Assembly (NCBI GenBank): GCA_039028615.1
Contig: JBCCHT010000016.1
Coordinates: 167,618-231,617 of the forward strand
DNA length: 64,000 nucleotides
Direction of reading: 5' to 3'
Source of the DNA: Myxococcota bacterium
GTDB lineage: Bacteria; Myxococcota_A; Polyangia; Nannocystales; Nannocystaceae
The notes under the pieces are model-generated. The model saw only the letters and a list, made by a program, of their open reading frames with translations, had not been told where the DNA came from and searched no databases. Shown here piece by piece: positions 8,705 to 18,188 of the stretch; positions within the stretch are counted from its first letter, which is position 1, and every line of letters starts with the position of its first letter. A program made the translations under genes and the position numbers.

Positions 8705-11578
8705 TCACGGCGGGTTCGCGGCCAGCCAGGCGTCGATGCGGGCGACCTCGTCGGTGAGTTCGTCGGCGACCAGGCGAGTACGTGCTCGCCGGGCCAGGCT
8801 CACCGCTCGAGTGCGCTCGGTTTCGGGGAGGCACTGAGCCAGCCCGAAGCGCGCCTGGGCGAGCTCGCGTTGGTTGCCGTTGCGGCGGACGTGAATGTCC
8901 ACGACGCGTTCGAAGCCCGCCGCGGCGGCCGACATGGCGCCGACCTGTAGATCGAGCCGAGCGAGCCAGAGCAGTATTCCGGCCAGCTGCGGGTGGTCGG
9001 AGCCATAGCCCTTCTCGAGCTTGGTCTTCGCTTCGTTGAACGAAGCCCGGGCCTCGTCGAGCTGTCCTGCGACCATCGCTACGGCGCCCTGCTCGAAGAT
9101 CAGAAAGCCCAGGTCGTGGTGGTCGGGGCCGAGGGCCGCGACGCCGGCCTTCATCGCCTTGTCGGCGGCCTCGCGCGCGGCCTGGAGGTTGCCCGAGTCC
9201 CGCTCGATGGCGGCCAGGTTGGCCCAGGTCACCAGGTTCGAGGGATGCCCCTTGCCGAACAGCCGCTCCGAGATCGCCAGCGCCTCCTCGATGCTGGCGC
9301 GGGCCTCTTTGTCGCGACCGAGCTGGTGGAGCACGTGGGTCTGGTTGACCACCATCCCCATCACCCGGGGACCGCCTTCGGGCTCGGCCGCACGCGCGAT
9401 GGACAGCGCGGTCTCGAGGTGCCCGTAGGCGGTATGGAAGTCGCCCTGGTACGCGGCCACGCTGGAGAGGTTCTGGTAAATCTCGCCGATCTGCGGGTGC
9501 CCGGGTCGAGTGATGCCCCGGCGTAGCTCGAGCGACTGTTCGTAGAGTCCCCGCGCGGCGTCGTAGTCCCCGCCGTTCATGCGCAGCACGGCGAGGTTGT
9601 TGATGAGGACCGCCCGCTGCAGCGAAGAGCCATCGTCGTCACCGAGGTGCCGCAGGGCTTCTTCGTAGTGTTTGCGGGCCTTGGTGTTGTCGCCCTGGCG
9701 GAACGCGGTGGTGCCCAGGCCTTGCTCGTAGAGGGCGACGAGGCGGTCGGGTCGATCGATGCGCGCGAGGGCGGCCCGGGCAATGGCCGAGCCCAGCTCC
9801 GCCGCCTGGGCGTTGGCCTGCTGGTAGCCGAGCAAGTGCGGCATGTGGACCCAGATCCTCGCCAGGAGCTGATCGTCGTGCCCCTCGGCGGCATCGCGGG
9901 CGGCCAGCTCGAACAGCAGCGCCGCTCGGTCCCAGTGCCCCAAGTCGATGTGGACCTCGGCGGCCAGGAGTCGGGCTTCCCCCGCGAGCGGGGCGTAGTC
10001 CAGCTCGGCCGCTCGGGTCACGAGGGCTTCGGCTTCGTCCACGATCTCCGCATCGCGACCCGCGATCGATTGCACTCGCAGCGACTCGATCTGGGAGCGG
10101 AGGATCTCGGCTCGCTTCGCCCGATCGGGATCGTCGGGAGGGGGCACCGTCTGACGCAGGCGCTCGGTGTCCTCGCAGACGTCGATCGGGGTCAGCGAGC
10201 CCGCGAGCGCGAAGCTGTGGTCGAGGATGGACGAGTCGGCGGTCTCCAGCAGATCGAGGCGGGCGTGGAGTTCGTCGAGGCGTCGGCCCAGGCACTCGCG
10301 GCGCAGGTCGAACATCAGGTCTGACTGCTCGCCGCGGACGCGGGTGGCCTCGCAGGCATCGCGCGCGGACCGACGCCAGCGCTCCTCGTAGTCGCCGATG
10401 ATCGCGGCACTCCGGGACCACAGCGCGGGGGCGTGGGGCTCACCGGTGGTCGCGAAGGCGCGCGCGATGGCATCGTCGCGGTCGGCCGACCAGATCGCGT
10501 CCATCTCCGCGTCGGCGCCTTCGCAGGGGGGTGCAGGCGCGGCGGGCTCGGGCCGCGGGCGTACGGCGAGGGCCACGATCCCGCCCAGTGCGAGGACGCC
10601 GGCCGTGCCGAGAATCCATCGGAGGCGCCGCTTGGCGGGGTCGACGAGCAAGGCATCGAGCAGAGTCTCCATGCTCGGCCAACGCAGCATTGGGTCGCGC
10701 TCGAGGCCTCGCATCACCACGCGACGGACCGCGCTCGGGACATCGTTGCGCGCGGGCGGGTCCTTGCGTGCGCCGCGGGTCACCGCGCTGACCAGCTCGG
10801 GCAGCGACTCGCCGCCGAAGGGGTGCTCGCCGTAGAGCGCTCGATACAAGGACACGCAGAACCCGAACTGATCGGTGCGCGCGTCCACGTCCTCCCGGGC
10901 GTGCTGCTCGGGGGCCATGAACGCGGGCGTGCCGATCATCGCCGCCCCGTCGGTCAGCGAGTTGATCGTCTGAGGCTCGGCCCCGGAGATCGGGTCGGTG
11001 GGGATCTCGAGGGGGCCGCCGTGGGTGCGCACGAGGCCGAAGTCGGTGACCTTGGCTCGTCCCTTGCGATCGATGAGCACGTTGGCGGGCTTGAAGTCAC
11101 GGTGCACCATGCCCGCCGCGTGGGCCGCTGCCAGTCCGCGGCCCGCCTGGGCGAAGACCTTGACGATCTCGGGCACGGTCCGCGTGCGGGCGCGCAGCCA
11201 GCCGTCGAGATCGGTGCCGTCGACGAACTCCATCGCCACGAAGACCTCGTCGTCGACCGTGCCCACGTCGTGCACCGCGACGACGTTGGGGTGCGAGAGC
11301 TTGGCCATGGCCTGCGCTTCGCGGACCAGTCGCTGCCGAGCGATGGTGGCCTTGGATCTTCGCTGCTCGCCGCGCAAGACCTTGACCGCGACGCGGCGGT
11401 CGAGCTCTGGATCGTAGGCGCCATAGACCAGGCCCATGCCGCCCTTGCCCAGCAGCTGGAGCACGGTGTAGCGGCCGATCCGTTCGCCTTCGCGCCGGAG
11501 CGTGCGACGCTCGCCCCGGTCGCGGGGAGCCGACTCCGGGTCGTCTCCGGCAATGGTGGGCTCGCCCGCGGTCTCCAC
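8705..11578 (-). CDS. Hanks-type Ser/Thr protein kinase with TM segment and C-terminal TPR repeats
   Basis: LGKGGMGLVY, VAVKVL, HRDFKPANV, VTDFGL, GTPAFMAPEQ; hydrophobic segment then TPR-like repeats (HPQIGEIYQNL). Confidence 0.95.
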   Translation of the reverse strand: METAGEPTIAGDDPESAPRDRGERRTLRREGERIGRYTVLQLLGKGGMGLVYGAYDPELDRRVAVKVLRGEQRRSKATIARQRLVREAQAMAKLSHPNVVAVHDVGTVDDEVFVAMEFVDGTDLDGWLRARTRTVPEIVKVFAQAGRGLAAAHAAGMVHRDFKPANVLIDRKGRAKVTDFGLVRTHGGPLEIPTDPISGAEPQTINSLTDGAAMIGTPAFMAPEQHAREDVDARTDQFGFCVSLYRALYGEHPFGGESLPELVSAVTRGARKDPPARNDVPSAVRRVVMRGLERDPMLRWPSMETLLDALLVDPAKRRLRWILGTAGVLALGGIVALAVRPRPEPAAPAPPCEGADAEMDAIWSADRDDAIARAFATTGEPHAPALWSRSAAIIGDYEERWRRSARDACEATRVRGEQSDLMFDLRRECLGRRLDELHARLDLLETADSSILDHSFALAGSLTPIDVCEDTERLRQTVPPPDDPDRAKRAEILRSQIESLRVQSIAGRDAEIVDEAEALVTRAAELDYAPLAGEARLLAAEVHIDLGHWDRAALLFELAARDAAEGHDDQLLARIWVHMPHLLGYQQANAQAAELGSAIARAALARIDRPDRLVALYEQGLGTTAFRQGDNTKARKHYEEALRHLGDDDGSSLQRAVLINNLAVLRMNGGDYDAARGLYEQSLELRRGITRPGHPQIGEIYQNLSSVAAYQGDFHTAYGHLETALSIARAAEPEGGPRVMGMVVNQTHVLHQLGRDKEARASIEEALAISERLFGKGHPSNLVTWANLAAIERDSGNLQAAREAADKAMKAGVAALGPDHHDLGFLIFEQGAVAMVAGQLDEARASFNEAKTKLEKGYGSDHPQLAGILLWLARLDLQVGAMSAAAAGFERVVDIHVRRNGNQRELAQARFGLAQCLPETERTRAVSLARRARTRLVADELTDEVARIDAWLAANPP

Positions 11579-11635
11579 GGGCCGATTGTATGCGCCGCTC
11601 GGCGCGCGTGCTGGGCTCCGCTATGGTCCGCGGCG

Positions 11636-12817
11636 GTGCCCAAGGACACGTTGTTCTCTCGTGCGTTCGGATTGGCCTTTGGCGCCAATTTCCTGCACAG
11701 CCTGGCGTTTTTTGGCTACCTGCACCTACCGGGTTATTTGTCGCGGCTCGGCGCGGACGAGCTGATGATCGGGATCGTCGTGGGGGCGATGGCGGCCTCG
11801 GCGATTGCGTCTCGACCCGCGCTGGGCTGGCTGATGGACCGCCGCGGGCGGCACCTCGTGGCGCAGATCGGCTCCGTGATCCACCTGGTGATCGCGCTGT
11901 GCTACCTGCTGATCGACTCGGTCGGCCCGCTGCTGTTCATCATTCGAGTGGTGCACGGCATCGCCGAGGCGATGCTCTTTTCCTCGTTGTTCACCATCGC
12001 GGCGGACGTCGCTCCCGCGTCGCGGCGCACCGAGGGCATCGCGTGGTTCGGGATCTCCGGGCTCATCCCCATGGCCTTGAGCGGCCTGTTGGGAGACTTG
12101 ATCCTGAAGCACGCCGACTATCCCGAGCTGTTCATCGCGTGCGCATCGGTGGCGGCGTTGGGGGGCCTGTGCGCCTGGGGACTCACCGACTCGCGCCCGA
12201 AGGTGGAAGAAGGCGCGGCCGTCCAGCGCTCGTTCTTCGCGGCGGTGATGCAACCCCGCCTGCGCCCTTTGTGGCTGATGGGCTTCGCCTTCGCGCTGGC
12301 CATCGCGTCCTACTTCACGTTCCTCAAGACCTTCATCGAGGAAGCCGGGGTCGGCTCGATGGGGTTGTTCTATTCGGTCTACTCGGTGGCGGCGGTGCTG
12401 CTCCGCCTCGCGCTGGGCTGGGTCCCCGACCGCATCGGGCCGCGGCTGACCCTGGGACCCGCCATGGTCTCGGTGATCGTGGGGCTGGCGACCCTGGCCC
12501 TGGCGACCGGCGACCTCGGGGTCGCCATCGCCGGCCTACTGTGCGGCACCGGGCACGCGTTCGTGTTCCCGATCTTGTCGTCGTTGGTGGTGAGCCGGGC
12601 CGCGGCCCATGAGCGCGGCGCGGCCCTGGCCATGTTCACCGCGTTGTTCGACTTCGGGATGTTGGTGGGTTCACCCTTACTCGGGGCCGTGCTCGAGGCC
12701 ACCGACTACACATCGATGTTTGGTACGGCGGGCTCGATCGCCGTGGTCGGTTCGGTGGTCTACGCGTTCTGGGATCGGGCCGTGGTTCCACCCGAACGCG
12801 CCGCGCAAGAGGCCTGA
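11636..12817 (+). CDS. MFS transporter
   Basis: About 12 hydrophobic segments; MFS motif A (GWLMDRRGR, GWVPDRIGPR). GTG start at VPKDTLFSRAF inside the longer track ORF 10433..12817. Confidence 0.9.
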   Translation: MPKDTLFSRAFGLAFGANFLHSLAFFGYLHLPGYLSRLGADELMIGIVVGAMAASAIASRPALGWLMDRRGRHLVAQIGSVIHLVIALCYLLIDSVGPLLFIIRVVHGIAEAMLFSSLFTIAADVAPASRRTEGIAWFGISGLIPMALSGLLGDLILKHADYPELFIACASVAALGGLCAWGLTDSRPKVEEGAAVQRSFFAAVMQPRLRPLWLMGFAFALAIASYFTFLKTFIEEAGVGSMGLFYSVYSVAAVLLRLALGWVPDRIGPRLTLGPAMVSVIVGLATLALATGDLGVAIAGLLCGTGHAFVFPILSSLVVSRAAAHERGAALAMFTALFDFGMLVGSPLLGAVLEATDYTSMFGTAGSIAVVGSVVYAFWDRAVVPPERAAQEA

Positions 12818-13136
12818 GGCGGGCTTCGGCAGGCGACAACGCTCACGGCGTTCACCCGGATTCAACGCACGTCGCATGGCGTGGCGCGGGTTTTTGCGCT
12901 CTTCATTCAATACGGCGGCGTCGCGCGGGGACATCGATGAGTCGCGCGCCGGACCGTGCGAACTGGCCGCGGTCGCATTCGTTCAATGCTGGACCTCCCA
13001 CTATTTCGCGCGCGAACGATGCGGTGCGGGCCGTTCGTACGTCGGCGTCACACGTCGGGTCGGCTGTACTTTTCGTCGATATCGCCTACATAGCCCCCCG
13101 ACGCGGGTACCCGGATCTTGGGGTATCCCCTGGTGA

Positions 13137-13709
13137 ATGGAGACTTTGAACATGTCCTACTCGGGATTCAATTCCGCCCTCTTGTTCGCTGCGGCCCTCG
13201 GCTTGGCTGGATGCCCGGGAGACGACTCTGGCGACACCTCGACCACCGACGCGGCGACCACGGAAGCCACCACCGCGAGCAACGACGAGACGGGTGACGA
13301 CGCCACGACCGACGCGGCCACGACCGAAGAGGCGACGACCGACGAGGCCACCTCCGACGAGTCGGGCACCGCGGGCGAGTCCGGTGACGCCGAGCTCGGC
13401 CGCATCGAGGTCACGGTGAACTACGAAGGGGCCGGGACCGGCACCCTCAACGTCGTGCTGCTGACGAGCTTCCCTCCCGCCGGCCCCCCCGTGGCCATCA
13501 ACGCGGAGATGGACGCGACCTTCCCGTGGACCGGGACCTTGAGCGAGATCGACCCGGGCGACTACTTCGTGTTCGCGACCCTCGACATCGGCAACGACAA
13601 CCCCACCATCCCCGGTGACGAGGACGCGCAGGCGATGGAAGCCGCCATGGTGACCGTCGTCGGCGGAGAGATGGTCACCGCCGATCTCACCCTGGTCGAC
13701 CCGCGATAG
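13137..13709 (+). CDS. Lipoprotein with acidic Thr/Asp-rich linker and C-terminal beta-sandwich-like domain
   Basis: Lipobox LGLAGC, low-complexity TTDAATTE linker, ...PGDYFVFATLD... Confidence 0.75.
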   Translation: METLNMSYSGFNSALLFAAALGLAGCPGDDSGDTSTTDAATTEATTASNDETGDDATTDAATTEEATTDEATSDESGTAGESGDAELGRIEVTVNYEGAGTGTLNVVLLTSFPPAGPPVAINAEMDATFPWTGTLSEIDPGDYFVFATLDIGNDNPTIPGDEDAQAMEAAMVTVVGGEMVTADLTLVDPR

Positions 13710-13747
13710 CGACGTCGCCTCGAGTGCCGAGCCCGAGTAGAGCAGCC

Positions 13748-14365
13748 ATGCGATCGATGCATGAACGAATGATTGTGGTCGCGTTGGTCGCCTCGTTGGG
13801 CACGGCGTGTGGTTCCGAGCCGGCCGAGGGCACTCCCTCGGCCGGGACGACGACCGGGGCGGGCTCGAGCTCGTCGACGCCCGACTCCTCGGGAGGCCCG
13901 GCCTCGTCGAGCGGCGAGGCCGAGCCCACCACGGAGATCGTGCCCGGTGTCGGCATCGGCGATCTGACCATCGGTGCGCGCGGTGATGCCCTCGCCGACT
14001 TGGCCGGGGAGCCCGATTCCTCGCTGCGCTTCGGCAACCTCGTGTTGCTCACCTTCGAGAACGAGGGCCTCGAGGTCCTGTTGGTGGCTCCGATCGGCGA
14101 AGAGCTGACCGCGACGGCCAAGGTGCTGTCCATCGCGGCGCTGTCTTCGGACATCGCGTTCAGCGGCCCCGCCCTGCCCGGCGAGGAGCGTGAGGACGTG
14201 CTCATGCGCTCCGGGACCCCCAGCGAGTCGGTCGGCGACGCGGACTTCTACGAGGCGGGCTGGTCGGTGGTCTATCGCGCCAGCGGCAAGGCCAAGAGCG
14301 TCACCGTCTTTACCCCCTACACCATCGCCATCGAGCCCCCTCCGATGACCCCGATTGGCGGATGA
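13748..14365 (+). CDS. Hypothetical lipoprotein
   Basis: Lipobox LGTAC, Ser/Gly linker, IVPGVGIGDLTIG motif; stop overlaps the next start (ATGA). Confidence 0.7.
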   Translation: MRSMHERMIVVALVASLGTACGSEPAEGTPSAGTTTGAGSSSSTPDSSGGPASSSGEAEPTTEIVPGVGIGDLTIGARGDALADLAGEPDSSLRFGNLVLLTFENEGLEVLLVAPIGEELTATAKVLSIAALSSDIAFSGPALPGEEREDVLMRSGTPSESVGDADFYEAGWSVVYRASGKAKSVTVFTPYTIAIEPPPMTPIGG

Positions 14366-15462
14366 CCATGAGCATGACCCACAAAACCCTCCACGCTCTG
14401 GCCGCGTGCACCCTGGCCGCCGGGCTCGTGTCGGCTCCGGCCCAGGCTTCCATCGAGGTCAACGGCCAGCCGCTGCAAGTCGTGGACATGCACCTGCACT
14501 CCGGGCAGTTCGGCACGATGAACCCCGAGGGCAAGGCCTTCATCCTGGGCGCGGTGCCGCCGTTCCTGCTCGGTCACGCGCCCGCCTTGCTGTCCGCTGG
14601 CTTGGACCCCTACGAGGAGCACGCGGGCATCCAGGCCGAGACCCGCTTCGCCGGGGCCGACCACGCGGTGGTCCTGGCCGTCTACACCGCGCGCACGACG
14701 GGCTACTACACCAACCACGAGCTGCTCGAGGTGCTCGAGGACCCGCGCAACGACGGATGGGCGTGGGGGCTCGCGAGCATCAACCTCACCGATGTCGAAG
14801 ACGATCCCGAGCTGCTCGACTCGCGGCTCGACGCCATGCGCTCGTTCCTGACCGAGCGACCGGACCTGTTCATCGGGATCAAGCTGGCGCACACCCATCA
14901 GGCGGTGACCCTCGACGACGAGGCCTCGTTCCGCATCTACGAGCTCGCGGGCGAGGTGGGCGTGCCCGTCTTGCTGCACACCGGGTTCTCGCCCTTCCCC
15001 AACACGATCGGGGAGCCCGAGTACTACGACCCCGGCTACCTCACCGACATCGTCACGCTCTTCGACGGCAACAACGGGCCGCGGGTCGACTTCGTGTTCT
15101 CCCATGTGGGGCAGGGCGACGCCCGGGCGGTGGAGGCCGCGATGACCCTGGCCGAGTCCTCGGACAACGTCTGGCTCGAGATCAGCGCCCTGCGAGGACC
15201 CCTTCGCATCGACGAAAACGGCGAAGAGACCGACTCGAAGGAACCCCAGTATCCCTACGTCCTCGAGCAGATCCTGGCCCGAGACTTGGTGGATCGCACC
15301 ATCTTCGCCAGCGATGGCGCGCAGCTGTCCGGCTTCGTGAAGAGCTACCTGGGCGACATCGTCGACGGCATGATCGACGCGGGCTACAGCACCGAAGACA
15401 TGGCCCGCGTACTGGCGGGCAGCTTCTTCGAGGCCTACACGCGCGCCGATCCAGGGGCGTGA
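14362..15462 (+). CDS. Amidohydrolase-family (Amidohydro_2-like) metallohydrolase with signal peptide
   Basis: VVDMHLH, GIKLAH, PVLLHTG, FSHVG, NVWLEISA, IFASD; N-terminal signal ending APAQA. Confidence 0.85.
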   Translation: MTMSMTHKTLHALAACTLAAGLVSAPAQASIEVNGQPLQVVDMHLHSGQFGTMNPEGKAFILGAVPPFLLGHAPALLSAGLDPYEEHAGIQAETRFAGADHAVVLAVYTARTTGYYTNHELLEVLEDPRNDGWAWGLASINLTDVEDDPELLDSRLDAMRSFLTERPDLFIGIKLAHTHQAVTLDDEASFRIYELAGEVGVPVLLHTGFSPFPNTIGEPEYYDPGYLTDIVTLFDGNNGPRVDFVFSHVGQGDARAVEAAMTLAESSDNVWLEISALRGPLRIDENGEETDSKEPQYPYVLEQILARDLVDRTIFASDGAQLSGFVKSYLGDIVDGMIDAGYSTEDMARVLAGSFFEAYTRADPGA

Positions 15463-15494
15463 GCAGCCGGGCCCGTCGGGGCCCAGCCGTCGCC

Positions 15495-16850
15495 TCAGCA
15501 GCCGGGCGGGGTCGTGGTCCAGTGGGCGCTGGCCCGGGGCACGACCTGCACCGCGCGCCCGCGGTCGTCCATCGGGTACGACACGACGGCCCAGCTCTGC
15601 GACTTCACGAACACGCCCATCTCCCGGCCGCATTCCACGGTGCCGACGGCCGAGACGTCGGAGTCCTCGAGGTTGCGCTTGCCGTACACGACGCAGGTCG
15701 GCGCGGCGCAGTAGCGGCTCTCGATGCGCAGGTCTTCTTCCGGGTGCGGGCCGTGGTCGGCGAAGCCTCCGTTGCGGAAGCCATCGGTGCGGTCGATGAC
15801 CTGGACCATGCGATCGCGGTCGGCCATGGGGTAGGAGACGACCATGCGGTCTCCGCTCTGCACGAACACGCCCATCTTGGTGTTTCGCGGCACGGTGCCC
15901 AGCGGCTGCCAGACGCCGTCGATCTCCTTGGTCATGGAGACGGGGCACTCGTCGCGGTCGCAGATGACCCACGAGTAGTCGCCGATGTCCCAGTCGTACG
16001 AGTCGAGAATCTCGCGGGAGCGGCGGTCGATCCACGCCTTGATGGGATCGAGCCGAGCGTACGAGCCGCCCCGGGACACGATGCCGAAGATCACCGGGAC
16101 GGTCGCGCCGCCCTGCCCATCGTTGGGTTCACCCGCACGCTCGAGGAACAGCGGTCCGCCCGAGTCGCCCGGGTTGATGGGCGAGTCCTCGGTGTCCAGC
16201 AGCTGGAAGGGGTAGCGGGCATCCGTGGGCAGCAGGGGCTCGAGGGTGGTCGAGCGCCGCATGATGCCGCCGCTGTCGACTCCGTCGTCCATGCGACCGT
16301 TGATCCACATCGTGGAGCCGTCCTCGGGCCGGCTGGAGCCGATCCGGGCGTGGACGGGCGCGGAGTCGGTGGGCAGCTCCATGCTGGAGTTCAGTCCCAC
16401 CAGGGCCACGTCGTACATCTCGCCGGGCCCGGTCTCGTTGAGGTGGTAGTGGGAGTCGTAGGTCCAGATCCGGGCGAGATCGATGGTGGCGGAGTCGAGG
16501 TCGTTGCTGACGAACCCGTCCTTCAGGGTGATCGCCGGACCCACGCAGTGCGCCGCGGTCAGTACGGTGACCTCGTTGAGCAGAACGCCGGTACAGCTGC
16601 TTTGGTTGGTGTTGAAGCGGACGGTCTGCATGAGCCCGCCCGGCTGACCTCCCTGGATCGGCACGGCGGGCAGGGTTCCGTCGTCGGCATCGCCTCCGCT
16701 CGCCTCGCCCTCGTCCCCACCGTCGGCCCAGGCTTCGGGATCGCGGGCCGAGTCGTCGTCGCAGGCGGTCAGGGCGAGAGAGCACGCCAGCAGGCAATGA
16801 ACGGGGAGGAGAGGGCGGGGGGAGGACATCACGCCAGTGGATGCCGACAC
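15495..16850 (-). CDS. Trypsin-like (S1) serine protease lipoprotein with duplicated C-terminal domain
   Basis: CTGVLL...VLTAAHC, YDVALV, PGDSGGPLF (His/Asp/Ser triad); lipobox LALTAC. Confidence 0.9.
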   Translation of the reverse strand: MSASTGVMSSPRPLLPVHCLLACSLALTACDDDSARDPEAWADGGDEGEASGGDADDGTLPAVPIQGGQPGGLMQTVRFNTNQSSCTGVLLNEVTVLTAAHCVGPAITLKDGFVSNDLDSATIDLARIWTYDSHYHLNETGPGEMYDVALVGLNSSMELPTDSAPVHARIGSSRPEDGSTMWINGRMDDGVDSGGIMRRSTTLEPLLPTDARYPFQLLDTEDSPINPGDSGGPLFLERAGEPNDGQGGATVPVIFGIVSRGGSYARLDPIKAWIDRRSREILDSYDWDIGDYSWVICDRDECPVSMTKEIDGVWQPLGTVPRNTKMGVFVQSGDRMVVSYPMADRDRMVQVIDRTDGFRNGGFADHGPHPEEDLRIESRYCAAPTCVVYGKRNLEDSDVSAVGTVECGREMGVFVKSQSWAVVSYPMDDRGRAVQVVPRASAHWTTTPPGC

Positions 16851-16912
16851 CCCCGGTCTGGTTCAGTCCAAACCCGAAAAAAGTTCGCTTGCGTCGATGG
16901 AGGGGGAATCCC

Positions 16913-17953
16913 TTAGGCGCTCTTCGACATGGCAGCGCGGATTCGCCCCAGGGCTTCGTCGATGACGGCCGGGTCGTGGTGACGGTTGGTCACGAGGCGA
17001 ACCTGGTGCGGCGGGCGCCCGCTGGCGATGACTCCACCGTCGCGCAGGCGGGCCAGCACGGCGTCGGTACTCAGGCCGCTGTCGCGATGATCGACGTAGA
17101 CCATGTTGGTGTCGACGGCGTCGAGGTCGACCGCGAGCCCCGGAATCTCCGCGATGCCGGCCGCCAGGCGCTTCGCATGCGCGTGGTCGTCGGCGAGTCG
17201 GTCGACCATCTGCTCGAGCGCGACGATCCCGGGAGCGGCGATGATGCCTGCTTGCCGCATGCCTCCGCCGAGGCGGCGGCGAACCTCGTCGGCCTTGGTG
17301 ATGAACTCTCGGCTCCCGGCCAGCACCGAGCCCAGAGGGCAGCTGAGACCCTTGGTCAGGCACAGCATCACCGAGTCGACGTGGCGGGTGTAGTCGCCGA
17401 CCTCGACGCCGGCCGCGATCGCAGCGTTGAAGATCCGTGCTCCGTCCAAGTGAACGGATAAACCCTTGTCGCGGGCGACGTCGCACAGCGCGGTGTGTCG
17501 ATCCAGCGGGACCACCCGGCCGCCGCTGCGGTTGTGGGTGTTCTCGAGGCAGAGCAGGCGTGCGCGGGGATAGTGAATGTCGCGCTCGCGGATGGCCGCC
17601 GACAGCTCGTCGGGATCGAGGCAGCCCGCCGTCGAGCGCAGCGGCCAGGGGATGAGCCCGGCCACGTTCGAGAGCGAGCCGCCCTCGTAGTAGTAGATGT
17701 GGCTGTCGTGATCGACGAACACCTCGTCGCCGGGGGAGGCGTGCACCATCAATGCGATGAGGTTGCCCATGTGTCCGCTCGGCACGAGCATGGCGGCCTC
17801 TTTGCCGAGCCGCTGTGCCGCGAGCGACTCGAAGCGAGCCACCGTGGGATCTTCGTCATAGGTATCGTCGCCCAGCGGCGCGGTGGCGATGGCCTCCAGC
17901 ATCGCCGGGGTGGGCAGGGTTTGGGTGTCGCTCCGCAGGTTGATGGGCGTCAT
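16913..17953 (-). CDS. ltaE: Low-specificity L-threonine aldolase (PLP)
   Basis: NLRSDTQT, GDDTYDEDPT, LENTHN, HLDGARIFNA, CLTKGLSCPLGS, GGGMRQAG. Confidence 0.93.
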   Translation of the reverse strand: MTPINLRSDTQTLPTPAMLEAIATAPLGDDTYDEDPTVARFESLAAQRLGKEAAMLVPSGHMGNLIALMVHASPGDEVFVDHDSHIYYYEGGSLSNVAGLIPWPLRSTAGCLDPDELSAAIRERDIHYPRARLLCLENTHNRSGGRVVPLDRHTALCDVARDKGLSVHLDGARIFNAAIAAGVEVGDYTRHVDSVMLCLTKGLSCPLGSVLAGSREFITKADEVRRRLGGGMRQAGIIAAPGIVALEQMVDRLADDHAHAKRLAAGIAEIPGLAVDLDAVDTNMVYVDHRDSGLSTDAVLARLRDGGVIASGRPPHQVRLVTNRHHDPAVIDEALGRIRAAMSKSA

Positions 17954-18188
17954 GACTCGATGCCTCTTTCATGCCGTGGGGCACTGGTCCCGGCCTCACG
18001 GGCCGTTTGGCCGATGCACTCGGGCTGGGGCATCGTGCCACGCGGCTCGAGACCAGCCCCGCGTGGCGTCCGCCCCGTCCTTGCCCGTGAGGCCCCTTTT
18101 CATGGAAAGCGTCGCGAGTTTTCGATGGCGGAGCAAGCCCTGGCAATCGAGCGAGGACGTCACGCGGCGTCCGTGCCACAGTGTGCCC

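Noticed and set aside
10433..11635. Apparent 400-aa N-terminal extension of the MFS transporter
   Set aside because: It overlaps the kinase gene on the opposite strand; the real start is most likely the GTG at 11636.
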